Shown piece by piece: positions 37,790-46,524 of a stretch of 64,000 nucleotides of DNA (position 1 is the first letter of the stretch; the number at the start of each line of letters is the position of its first letter). Source of the stretch: Candidatus Micrarchaeota archaeon. GTDB lineage: Archaea > Micrarchaeota > Micrarchaeia > Norongarragalinales > Norongarragalinaceae. The notes beneath the pieces are model-generated. The model had not been told where the DNA came from. It did no database searches and worked only from the letters and a program-made list of their open reading frames with translations. The DNA lies in the NCBI GenBank assembly GCA_016188965.1, contig JACPGT010000013.1:66-64065 (forward strand), in the 5' to 3' direction. The translations under genes were made by a program, and so were the position numbers.

Positions 37790-38404
37790 ATGGTCCGCAT
37801 GCGTTCAAAAGACGGCTGCTTGCGTATGCCGATTGTCGTTCTTGACGTCGAAACCACCGGATTGGGCCACAAAGCCTATCAGCCGAGGCCTGACGCCGTG
37901 GTGCAAATCGGCATGGCCTGGCGCGAACCCAAAGGGACAGGGGCAGTCAAGACCTGGTCAAAATACTGCCATCCTGGCGAGCAATACCTCAAAGGCGGAC
38001 GGGCGCAAACCGCGTTGGACATCAACGGCATCACGAAGGAAATCCTCCAAGCGGCCCAACCCGCGTCTTTCGTAGCGGAACAATTCTGGCAACAAGTCTT
38101 CCGAATCGAATCCAGCGGCGACGCCGTCCAATTCCGCGCTTACAACAAAGCCTTTGACGCGCCTTTCTTGGCGGCCGAACCGTGGAACGTGCCGGAAAAC
38201 CGCTGGGGCGACTGCATCATGCTGGACGCCCAAAGCCACCTGCAAAGCTACAAATGGCCCAAACTGGACGCTGCCGTCCGCTCCATGGGCCTTTTGTGGC
38301 CAGAAGGCAACGCGCATGACGCCGCCGTCGACGCTCATGCGGCCTTGTTGGTGCACGAAAAAATCACGGGACACGCCACACCCGTCAATGCCCTCACGGA
38401 ATAG
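37790..38404 (+). CDS. DEDDh 3'-5' exonuclease (DnaQ-like)
   Basis: Exo I VVLDVETTG, Exo II YNKAFDAPFL and Exo III HDAAVDAHA. Start uncertain (ATG 37790, 37799 or 37829). Confidence 0.8.
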   Translation: MVRMRSKDGCLRMPIVVLDVETTGLGHKAYQPRPDAVVQIGMAWREPKGTGAVKTWSKYCHPGEQYLKGGRAQTALDINGITKEILQAAQPASFVAEQFWQQVFRIESSGDAVQFRAYNKAFDAPFLAAEPWNVPENRWGDCIMLDAQSHLQSYKWPKLDAAVRSMGLLWPEGNAHDAAVDAHAALLVHEKITGHATPVNALTE

Positions 38405-38443
38405 CTGGGCTCGAAGAAAAAGCCGGAAAGAAGACAAAATTGG

Positions 38444-38672
38444 TCGCGGTACCCGGCAGGGCGCGAAGACTTGGCGAAAAACCAAGTCCAGCGTCTTGCA
38501 AGTTCAACGGAACTTGTAAGGCCACACAATTTCGCTACGGCGAAATTGTGCTGACCAACAACGCAAAAACGTTGATGGGTCGGCGAATTCGCTCTGACGA
38601 GCACGTCAGCACACAGAACGCCAAAAGCAGAAGAAGGGTTTGCGCTCGTGCCCGGCAGGGCCGAGCGTTTTG
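38444..38672. ncRNA. hairpin-dense intergenic block, candidate structured RNA of unknown class
   Basis: At least 7 near-perfect stem-loops in about 230 nt, including CAAGTTC-AACG-GAACTTG, CACAATTTCGC-TACG-GCGAAATTGTG and CTGACG-AGCA-CGTCAG. Flanked by two matching GGCA-loop hairpins (38444..38466, 38643..38667), the second followed by TTTT. Confidence 0.4.
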
Positions 38673-38675
38673 CTG

Positions 38676-38697
38676 AAAACGGGCCCGACGGGATTTG
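38676..38697 (-). repeat. 22-nt exact duplicate of the 3' end of tRNA-Arg (T-loop to trailer)
   Basis: aaaacgggcccgacgggatttg is identical to 38833..38854. Confidence 0.9.
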
Positions 38698-38832
38698 CAA
38701 CGGTCGCCCCGGGGGACGCGTCCCCCTGGCACGGCCTGCGCCTCGCCCCCTCGAATTCGCGTGCAAATTCAAAGGGAGGGGTCAGGAGAACCGTGAAACT
38801 GGGGGAACCGTAGGTTCCCGCGGTTCCGGCGC
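38698..38832. mobile_element. 135-nt insert between the tRNA-Arg 3' end and its duplicate; ends are imperfect inverted hairpin repeats (M1 at 38702..38752, M2 at 38774..38832)
   Basis: Flanked by 22-nt direct repeats. The same repeat family sits at the tRNA-Ile locus in the opposite orientation. No ORF. Confidence 0.4.
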
Positions 38833-38836
38833 AAAA

Positions 38837-39005
38837 CGGGCCCGACGGGATTTGAACCCGCAACCTGCTGGTTTCTCCCACTAGGAAAGAAAGCCAATAA
38901 TGCCGTTCTCTCCCAAGATCGAAGCCTCGGCTTCCGAAGAGGCCTTAAAAGCTTGAAAGCCGGTATTCGGAACCAGCCGCTCTATCCTGGTTGAGCCACG
39001 GGCCC
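38837..39005 (-). tRNA. tRNA-Arg(CCG) with canonical-position 94-nt intron (38873..38966)
   Basis: Hand fold: acceptor GGGCCCG/CGGGCCC, D arm GCTC-AACCAGGATA-GAGC, anticodon stem GCTGG/CCAGC, loop TTCCGAA after splicing, variable AGGTT, T arm GCGGG-TTCAAAT-CCCGT, discriminator G. The BHB central helix is TTCC/GGAG. Confidence 0.85.
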
Positions 39006-39221
39006 TTATGAAAGAAAAGTAGTAGTGAAGCCCGTTAAAAAAGCCGCGGGAAGAACGAGCACGGTTTGCTGAAAAGGGCAGAGAAGCGTCAATACTTGAA
39101 GAGCGTCAGCAGCAAAGCGCCCAGGAGGATGAGCATGAGCCAGACTTTGACGTCGAACCACCACCAACCGCGCATGAAGAAGCGGTGGCGGACTGGGTTT
39201 TTACGTTTTTGGTTGCGGCAT

Positions 39222-41033
39222 TCAGCGGTTGGAAGAAGTCCGCGTGCCGACGGCGTAGACGCGATAGAACGCATTCTGGAACGCCACGGGTTTGCCGGAA
39301 AAGAATTCGTCGTTGACGGCGTAATCCCGGCGGACGTTGGCATCCACCACGACGTAATCCACGCCGCTTGATTCGAGGCGGGCCGCGTCGCCGGCATACA
39401 TGGCCTTGGCGTCGGCTTGCACGGAGCCGTAGTCAAAGCCGTGGCTCCACAACCAGCCCGGGTAGCCTAAGACCGTCATGCGGCCGGCCAGCGAAGAGAC
39501 CGGGTGGTTGTGCGCGGTGGACGTGAGGAACACGGCGGAGCGGGAGGTGTTGCTTTGGGCCCACTCGGCCAATTGCAAGTCGTTCGCATCATACAGCCGC
39601 CAGTGAAGGCCGGCTTCGCGCGCGATGCTCAAAGAGCCGGAAAAAACCAGGACGGCCAAGACGACCGCCACGGCAACCTGAAGCACGCGCTGCTTTCGTT
39701 GCCACAGCGACACGAGTCCTGCCGCGATGAAGAACGCCGCGGCCCACTGGACGAAGAAGAAGAACTTGAGGTTGTCGTACGCGTACGGATGCACGCTCAC
39801 GAACGCCGCCAGGACGAAAAGCACTCCGAAAGGCAGAAAGCGCTGACGCTGTTCACGCGTCGCCGACCAGAGACCGAACAGCAACGCCGGAATCCAGAAA
39901 CCCGTCTGCATCAGCCAGAAAGCCGCGCCGGCAATGGGGTCCCACGCGTTGGCCGTCCAATTGGGCTGCAAATGAATCAAGGACGAAGGAGTGAGTTGCT
40001 GGAGGCTCCAGGCCAATTGAGGCAACGCCAACAGCACTGCCGGAAGGAAGAACCAGAGCCAGACTTTGCGGCGGGCCGACACGGCATAGAATACCGCAAC
40101 GCCCATAGCGGCCAAATAGGAATGCCAATGCACCAACGGCAACAAACCGGCAAGGGCCCCGGCCAGCAGGAAGTCATGGCGGCGGGAAGCGTGAAGCAAC
40201 AAAAACAGGACGGCGGCAAAGACGGCCGCGCCGAACAACAACGTCCGCTGGGGCAGAAGGAGACTGGTCACGACGTTGGTCCACGCCGTGGGCGGCAGGA
40301 TGGTGTAATCCTTGGCCATGAGGGCCGAACCGATGCCGTCGCGTACGGCAGCAGCCGGAAAATCGATGAACCCAAGGCCCCCGCTGGACAACAGAAGCAC
40401 CAACGCCAGGACGCAGGCGGATTTGGAAAAACCCATCTTGAGGCCGACGGCATATGACAGCAGCATCAAGGCCAGGAACCAGGACAGAGCGGAAAACAAC
40501 AAGGCGGCTTGCAGCGACGCGCCGGGCATGAGCAAAGCCGTGGAAAAATCGGCCATGAACGGATACCCCAGCGGGCTGTCGAAGATTACGTACGCCGGCG
40601 GAAAGGATTGGCCGAAGACGAAGTAGTGGATCACGCCGAGGTGGAACGGCAAATCGCCCCACGTGTTGCCCGACGAATACCACCCGTCCGGCTCAACCTG
40701 GACGAAATGCGTCAACGACAAGTAGGAAAACGCGGCTACGGCCAGGGCCAGGAAGATGCAGAACGCGCGATGGTGCTTAAAGATGGACGCAAGTCGGGGG
40801 GCATGCAGGCCGAAGCGCCACGCCGAAAGCCCGAACGCGGCCACGGACGCCACGGCGGACAAGGCAAAACCGGCATCCAAGCCGAAGAACCAATACCCCG
40901 CCATGCCAAACCAGGAAAACGCCAGGAATCCCGCCACAGCGGAGAGGCCCACGGCCGGCAAATCGTCAAAACGCCTTCGAAAGAATCCGAAAAACGCCGC
41001 CGAGAAGAGCAACGGCAAAAGAAGCGACCACAT
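39222..41033 (-). CDS. GT-C-like polytopic membrane glycosyltransferase candidate with C-terminal extracytoplasmic domain
   Basis: About 13 TM helices plus a roughly 130-aa C-terminal domain. ATG 41033 overlaps the upstream stop by 1 nt. Confidence 0.5.
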   Translation of the reverse strand: MWSLLLPLLFSAAFFGFFRRRFDDLPAVGLSAVAGFLAFSWFGMAGYWFFGLDAGFALSAVASVAAFGLSAWRFGLHAPRLASIFKHHRAFCIFLALAVAAFSYLSLTHFVQVEPDGWYSSGNTWGDLPFHLGVIHYFVFGQSFPPAYVIFDSPLGYPFMADFSTALLMPGASLQAALLFSALSWFLALMLLSYAVGLKMGFSKSACVLALVLLLSSGGLGFIDFPAAAVRDGIGSALMAKDYTILPPTAWTNVVTSLLLPQRTLLFGAAVFAAVLFLLLHASRRHDFLLAGALAGLLPLVHWHSYLAAMGVAVFYAVSARRKVWLWFFLPAVLLALPQLAWSLQQLTPSSLIHLQPNWTANAWDPIAGAAFWLMQTGFWIPALLFGLWSATREQRQRFLPFGVLFVLAAFVSVHPYAYDNLKFFFFVQWAAAFFIAAGLVSLWQRKQRVLQVAVAVVLAVLVFSGSLSIAREAGLHWRLYDANDLQLAEWAQSNTSRSAVFLTSTAHNHPVSSLAGRMTVLGYPGWLWSHGFDYGSVQADAKAMYAGDAARLESSGVDYVVVDANVRRDYAVNDEFFSGKPVAFQNAFYRVYAVGTRTSSNR

Positions 41034-42121
41034 CAGGCCGACCCCGACTCGCGGCCTGCGATCCACGCCGTGGTCTGGACAAGTCCGAACGCCGCCAATA
41101 TGATAAGCGCGAACTGCAGGTAGACGATGAACCGGTCCATGAACACGCCGATGCCCAACGCGTCATTCTTGATGGCGAAAAGACCCACGGCCACCAACGC
41201 CAACAACAAGCCCTGCAGCAGGACTGGCCGCGGATTCTCGCGCCGCAATGCCTGCCAGACGTGCCAGAGAACAATCAGCAAGCCGACGGCGGCCAGGCCC
41301 AGCACGAGCCAGCCGGTCTTGTCCAAAAGCAAGTCAGGACTCACCGGTCCGCCTTCGCGGTGCTTGAACTGTGCCAACTCGAATACGTTGAAGTGGCCCA
41401 GGATGAGGAAGTTCCACAAGAAGTACGTCCCCGTGGTCGCGGCCCACGTCCAGAGCGCCGTCCAGAAGACGCGCGACGAGTCGGTCTTCAGAAGCACGTC
41501 GTGGATCTTGGACGCCGCGGCAAAAGCGAACGCTGTCAACGCGAGGAACACCGCCGCCTCCTGGTGCACCAACGCCACCAAGACTCCGCCGAGGACGGCC
41601 CACCGGCTTGCGGCAAACAATAGGCCGAAGACCAACGCCAAAAGCACCAAGCCCATGCCTTGCGGCAGCGGCCGGATGGTATAGATCAGCAACTCGGACG
41701 GCGCGGATGCCAAGAACGCCGAAGCGATGCCGGTCCACGTGCCGAAGGACGAACCGAAAGCGAAGAACGCCAAAGGCAGCGCCAATGCGAACAGAAGCAC
41801 CATCACGCGCTGCGCCAAGTCGAAGTCGAAACCGGACAGCACGACGAGCTGGGCCAAAGCGAAGCGGTAAATCGGCACGTACAAGTTAGGAATGCCGCCG
41901 CCGTAGGAAAAGTCATTCTGGAAAGGATAGTGGCCGGTTTCCACCAGTTCGCGCGCGTTGGCCTGATGAATCCCGGTGTTGCCATAGGTTGGCGCCAAGA
42001 AGGCGTCAAAGACGCCAGCATGCGCCCAGACACTGGCCAGCACGGCCACCACCACGAGCGCGCCTTGCACGGGCGTCAAACCCGACGCGTGTGACTTGCC
42101 GTCCCCAACTCCTACAGCCAT
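41033..42121 (-). CDS. polytopic membrane protein (GT-C-like candidate)
   Basis: About 10 TM helices. Start set at internal Met (MAVGVGDGK) because the longer ORF overlaps the divergent gene; start uncertain. Confidence 0.45.
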   Translation of the reverse strand: MAVGVGDGKSHASGLTPVQGALVVVAVLASVWAHAGVFDAFLAPTYGNTGIHQANARELVETGHYPFQNDFSYGGGIPNLYVPIYRFALAQLVVLSGFDFDLAQRVMVLLFALALPLAFFAFGSSFGTWTGIASAFLASAPSELLIYTIRPLPQGMGLVLLALVFGLLFAASRWAVLGGVLVALVHQEAAVFLALTAFAFAAASKIHDVLLKTDSSRVFWTALWTWAATTGTYFLWNFLILGHFNVFELAQFKHREGGPVSPDLLLDKTGWLVLGLAAVGLLIVLWHVWQALRRENPRPVLLQGLLLALVAVGLFAIKNDALGIGVFMDRFIVYLQFALIILAAFGLVQTTAWIAGRESGSA

Positions 42122-42241
42122 AGTATTCCGGCAAAATGATGGTAAAACCGGCTTAAAAGAAGCAACGGGAAACAACCGGAAAACGCAAAGGCCTTGAAGA
42201 CCGGATGCCACAAATACCTTGCACAAGACAAAGACACTGCG

Positions 42242-43378
42242 ATGAAAGAAGTACGCGCCTGGACCGAGCCGACCCGACGGTTCATCCGACAACATCCCTT
42301 CCTCTGGCGTTCGCTCAGCCTGGCCTTCGCCGTCCGAATCGCGATGCTGGCGTTAGCCTACCTGGCTGGCCGCGTTTTTTTGCAGAACGCCGCGCCGTTG
42401 ACGGACATGATGACGGAAGTGCTCGTCCGCTGGGACGCCGTGCACTACGTCAACCTCGCGCTCAACGGCTACAGCGCAGTGGGAGAGGAACGGTTCCTGC
42501 TCGTTTTCCTTCCGCTATACCCGTTGGCCATCGCGCTGTTCAACCCAATCGTGCAGCACGCCGTGCTCTCCGGCCTGCTGGTATCGTTCGGCTCCAGCGT
42601 AGCCGCCGGCTATTACCTGCAGAAACTGGCCCGCATGGACGGACCCAAGGAAGAAGCCCACCGCGCCTTGGACTTCTTCTTCCTATTCCCAACGGCGTAC
42701 TTCCTCGTCTTGCCTTACACCGAAGCGCTATTCATGGCATTTACCCTTGCCGCGTTCTGCCACGCCCGCGAAAAACGCTGGAAGGCCGCCGGAATCCTCG
42801 GAAGCTTGGCGGCCGCCACCCGTCTGCAAGGCATCCTGCTTCTGCCCGCCCTCGCCGTAGAAGCATGGAGCCAGAAGGAACAACCCGTACGCGCCGCCGG
42901 ATTGCTGCTGGTCCCGCTCGGATTGCTGGCATACGTCGCCCTCAACGTCGCGGTCAGCGGCAACGCATGGACGTTCATCGATTACCAAAGCGAGCATTGG
43001 CACCATTCGCTCGTTGCACCGTGGCAATTCGCCCTCGACGCCGTCCAGGACGTGCGGCAGGACCCGCCATCCCTCAACCGCACCTTAGTGGCCGAATCCG
43101 TCCTCGTCTCGCTGGCATTCGTCATCTTCCTGCTTTTAGGCGCCATGCGCTGGCTGCGGCCCTCATACCAGGCCTACGGATGGCTCATGCTGCTGGCGCT
43201 GTCCAGCGTCTCGTTCCAAATCAGCTTCCCCCGCTACGTGCTTTCCATCTTCCCCCTCTTTTTCGTGCTGGCGCGATGGACGAAGCGTCCCAACGTCCAC
43301 CTCCTCACTTCCGCCGTCTTCACACTGCTGATGGGCGGCCTATTCTTCCTGTACGCCATCGGACGATGGGCGTTCTGA
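42242..43378 (+). CDS. PIG-V-like / GT-C mannosyltransferase family membrane protein
   Basis: VRWDAVHYVNLALNGY followed by FLPLYPL is the characteristic PIG-V family N-terminal loop motif. Polytopic. Confidence 0.6.
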   Translation: MKEVRAWTEPTRRFIRQHPFLWRSLSLAFAVRIAMLALAYLAGRVFLQNAAPLTDMMTEVLVRWDAVHYVNLALNGYSAVGEERFLLVFLPLYPLAIALFNPIVQHAVLSGLLVSFGSSVAAGYYLQKLARMDGPKEEAHRALDFFFLFPTAYFLVLPYTEALFMAFTLAAFCHAREKRWKAAGILGSLAAATRLQGILLLPALAVEAWSQKEQPVRAAGLLLVPLGLLAYVALNVAVSGNAWTFIDYQSEHWHHSLVAPWQFALDAVQDVRQDPPSLNRTLVAESVLVSLAFVIFLLLGAMRWLRPSYQAYGWLMLLALSSVSFQISFPRYVLSIFPLFFVLARWTKRPNVHLLTSAVFTLLMGGLFFLYAIGRWAF

Positions 43379-43450
43379 TGAGGCAGAAAAATCGAAACAA
43401 CGGAGTGCGAACATCACGGCCCTAATAAACGTTTGAAACCAAAACCATCC

Positions 43451-44155
43451 ATGGCGAAAAACCGCGCGATTTCCATCGTCATCCCGGCATACAACGAGGA
43501 AAAACGTATCGGGCCCACGCTGCGTGAACTGGCGCCCGTCCTCCGCAAACGGCCGTATGAGATCATCGTGGTGGCCGACGGCCAGGACGACACGCCCGCG
43601 GCCGTGAAAAAAAGCGGCATCCGCAACGTCCGCATCCTGCCGCACCGCAACCGGCTCGGCAAAGGCGGCGCCCTGAACTCCGGAATCGCCTCGGCCAAAG
43701 GCAACGTCATCGTCATCTACGACGCCGACGGCGCCATGCCGGCAACCGAATTGCCCAAACTGCTTTCCGCATTGGAACACCACGACATCGCCATCGGCAC
43801 CCGGTACTCCAGCGAATCCCACGCCGCGCTGACGCCATTGCGCAAGATCGCGGCGTGGAGCTTCAACCGCTTCGTCCGCTTGCTTTTCAATTTGCCGTTT
43901 TCCGACACGCAGTGCGGCTTCAAGGCCTTCCGCGCAAGCGTAGCGAAAGACCTGTCGGCCCGCACCCAGCAGCGGAGATTCGTCTGGGACGTCGAAATGC
44001 TGTACTTGGCCAAGAAAGAAGGACTCCGCGTGGTCGAAGTACCCATCGAGTGGGAGGAAAAGGACGGCGGCGACTTGGCGAAGAACACGCTGAAAAGCAC
44101 GTGGAAGATATTCCGCGACACGCTCAAACTCCGCGGACAATACCGTTGGAACTGA
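43451..44155 (+). CDS. dolichyl-phosphate hexose synthase-like GT2 glycosyltransferase
   Basis: ISIVIPAYNEE, YDADG, GTRY, SDTQCGFKAF pattern of DPM1/DPG-synthase-like enzymes. Confidence 0.8.
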   Translation: MAKNRAISIVIPAYNEEKRIGPTLRELAPVLRKRPYEIIVVADGQDDTPAAVKKSGIRNVRILPHRNRLGKGGALNSGIASAKGNVIVIYDADGAMPATELPKLLSALEHHDIAIGTRYSSESHAALTPLRKIAAWSFNRFVRLLFNLPFSDTQCGFKAFRASVAKDLSARTQQRRFVWDVEMLYLAKKEGLRVVEVPIEWEEKDGGDLAKNTLKSTWKIFRDTLKLRGQYRWN

Positions 44156-44233
44156 AACCCAAAAAAAAAGCGCAAAAATGGAATACCGAGTGCGACGAAA
44201 ACAAGGCTGCCGAAGCCGGCCAAAACAAACGCG

Positions 44234-44488
44234 CTACTTCTTGCCTTGCCTCTTTTGCCAAAGCACCCAGGCGCCGACGGCCAACAACACCAAGAAGACG
44301 GCGTAGACCGTCAGCGGGTTGAACGGCACGCCGACCCAATTCAGCGCGGTGGACAGAAGCGCCGGCACCGTCACCGACGCCAGCAGGCCTGCGCCGATTT
44401 TGACGGGCCAGCTGAATTTGGACAGAAACGCCCACGCCAAGACCTGGCCGGTAAGCAGGAAAAGAGCCATACCTAAAACGTCAACCAT
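44234..44488 (-). CDS. small membrane protein (3 TM)
   Basis: 84-aa hydrophobic ORF directly downstream of 44495..45025. Confidence 0.45.
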   Translation of the reverse strand: MVDVLGMALFLLTGQVLAWAFLSKFSWPVKIGAGLLASVTVPALLSTALNWVGVPFNPLTVYAVFLVLLAVGAWVLWQKRQGKK

Positions 44489-44494
44489 CCAAAA

Positions 44495-45025
44495 TCACTC
44501 ACTGGACGCGGCATCTTTCACTCGGTAAATCCGCACGCCCTTGTCGTAGACTTTCTGGAAATAGGTCGCATTGTCGAACACGTCGGCCGGATACTTCCAT
44601 TCGTACCCCGCGAACATCTGCCGGTTCGGCACCCACACGTATGCAGCGCCATACTTGACGGCCGTCTGCCAGGCCTGCGTTGAACTGTTGGCACCGAAGA
44701 TGCGGTACTGCACGTCGCTCATGCGATCAATCACGTCCGGAACGATAGCCCAATCGCCGCCCAGCGTGCCTTCCCGCCGCGTCTTGCCCATGACCAATTC
44801 GCCTTCGAAGATGCCGGTCGCAAACACGGTCCTCGGCGCGGTATTGGACTTGATCCATTCGGTGGCCGCCACTTCGTCCTGCGTGACCACCGGGTTCAGC
44901 CACGGCTCGGCGTCCTTCTTGGCTTTCTGCACCGCCGTCGTGGCGGCGACGGCCATGGCTAACAACAATACCCACGCCAAGCCGGTCCGCACCGAATTTG
45001 ACGAAAAAACGTTCCCGACTGCCAT
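44495..45025 (-). CDS. membrane-anchored extracytoplasmic domain protein resembling the C-terminal domain of 39222..41033
   Basis: One TM helix, then a soluble domain ending ..YFQKVYDKGVRIYRV (compare ..FQNAFYRVYAV in the large protein). Start at MAVGNVF. Confidence 0.45.
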   Translation of the reverse strand: MAVGNVFSSNSVRTGLAWVLLLAMAVAATTAVQKAKKDAEPWLNPVVTQDEVAATEWIKSNTAPRTVFATGIFEGELVMGKTRREGTLGGDWAIVPDVIDRMSDVQYRIFGANSSTQAWQTAVKYGAAYVWVPNRQMFAGYEWKYPADVFDNATYFQKVYDKGVRIYRVKDAASSE

Positions 45026-45219
45026 AAGGTTTTTATTGCACGCCCGCGTTTTTAACGATTGGGCGGTTAAGCCATTTTGGCCAATCATTGGAGCGGTCGA
45101 AAGCGTTTACCTTCCTTTTTCTAAAAAACCCCAAAAAAACCAGTTTTTCTCACCCTGGCAGCTTCAGCCGCCTAACCAACGCATTTTTTTCCACCCCCGA
45201 TCATCTCCTTCTTTGCGCC

Positions 45220-45837
45220 ATGAAGAACGAATGGGATGTCCTTGCCGACGAATGGGACGAAAACCGCAAAACGCCATCGTCCACGCTGGCGTTTTTCCGG
45301 CAATACGCCCACGGGACCGTGCTGGACGCCGGCTGCGGCAACGGACGCAACAGCTTGGAGCTTGCCAAGACGGCGGAGCGCGTCATCGCCATGGACGCGT
45401 CGGCCGCCATGCTGGAAAAAACCCGCCCACACACCCAAAGCGTGGCCAACATCCGGATCCTGCAAGGCCGCATCGAGCAGATGCCCCTGGACGACGCAAT
45501 CGTGGACGCCGCGTTCTGCCTCGCTGCATTTCACCATCTGCGACCGGACGCGCATGCCGCCGGCGCGCGAGAGCTGTTCCGCGTGCTCCGTCCGGGCGGC
45601 CATTTGTGCCTGACGGTGTGGAACCGCTTGCAGCGCCGCTTCCGCGACAAGCCCAAACAAGTCGACGTGCCCTGGAAGGGAAAACCGCGCTACTATTATT
45701 TTTTCGATGAAAGCGAACTGGAAGGCCTGCTGAAGTCGGCCGGTTTCCACGTGGAAAAAAGAAGCTATGAAAAAAACGGCCAAAAAGCGGCGCCAAAAGA
45801 CGCACAAAACCTCTGCATCATCGCCCGAAAACCCTGA
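45220..45837 (+). CDS. class I SAM-dependent methyltransferase
   Basis: VLDAGCGNGRNS motif I, AMDAS motif II. 205 aa from ATG 45220. Confidence 0.8.
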   Translation: MKNEWDVLADEWDENRKTPSSTLAFFRQYAHGTVLDAGCGNGRNSLELAKTAERVIAMDASAAMLEKTRPHTQSVANIRILQGRIEQMPLDDAIVDAAFCLAAFHHLRPDAHAAGARELFRVLRPGGHLCLTVWNRLQRRFRDKPKQVDVPWKGKPRYYYFFDESELEGLLKSAGFHVEKRSYEKNGQKAAPKDAQNLCIIARKP

Positions 45838-45887
45838 CCGGAACCCGGACGAACCGACCGGTTTTTAATTCACCTCATCGTTTGACA

Positions 45888-46520
45888 ATGCGACGAACCG
45901 ACATGGCCAAGAAAACGCTCAAGACCATCGCCACGCACGCCTCCCACCATGAAGCGCGCCATGCCGAATTGATCAAACAAGCCCTCGTCGGAATCGCGCT
46001 CATCCTCCTGGCCTTGCTGGCGCTGGATTACCTGGCCGCGCAGTTCCCGCAGTCATTCCAAGCCGCCGAACAATTCGTCAAGGACAACGGCCTGCCCGGC
46101 GTCTTCCTCATCGTCTTCTTCGGCTCCTCCCTGCTTCCGTTTCCAACCGACCTAGCGTACTCCGTCGCCATCAAGCTCTCGGCGTCCAACCCCCTGCCGG
46201 TCGTCGCGGTATCAATCGTGGCCGCCTTTTTGGGATCCTTGCTCAACTACTACCTGGCATACTACCTGCGCCAGCGGTTCATCTCGCACTTCATCACCGA
46301 AAAAGATCTCAAAGGAGCCGAAGAACTGTTCGACCGCTACGGCCCCATCCCCATTGTCCTGCTGGGCGTAATCCCCGCCTCGCCCGTGTTCGACCCGCTT
46401 ACCTTCGTCGCCGGATTGGTCAAAATGGACGTACGAAAATTCGCTACGTACTCCCTCATCAGCCGCGTCCTGCACTTTGGCCTCCTGGCCGCCGCCGTGC
46501 TGGCGCTCAAACTGGTCTGA
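45888..46520 (+). CDS. DedA / VTT-domain (SNARE-associated) membrane protein
   Basis: GVFLIVFFGSSLLPFPTD plus a later GVIPASPVF re-entrant motif pattern. Confidence 0.6.
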   Translation: MRRTDMAKKTLKTIATHASHHEARHAELIKQALVGIALILLALLALDYLAAQFPQSFQAAEQFVKDNGLPGVFLIVFFGSSLLPFPTDLAYSVAIKLSASNPLPVVAVSIVAAFLGSLLNYYLAYYLRQRFISHFITEKDLKGAEELFDRYGPIPIVLLGVIPASPVFDPLTFVAGLVKMDVRKFATYSLISRVLHFGLLAAAVLALKLV

Positions 46521-46524
46521 CGAC

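Noticed and set aside
38444-38700. RNase P RNA or SRP RNA
   Set aside because: Strings resembling CR-I (AAGTCCAGCG) and CR-V (ACAGAACGCC) are present, but they cannot pair to form P4. No helix-8 GGAAGCAGCC-type SRP motif is present. Left as an unclassified structured-RNA candidate.
38873-38966. C/D-box sRNA inside the 94-nt tRNA-Arg intron (as in the haloarchaeal tRNA-Trp intron)
   Set aside because: No RUGAUGA (C box) or CUGA (D box) elements are found in the intron.
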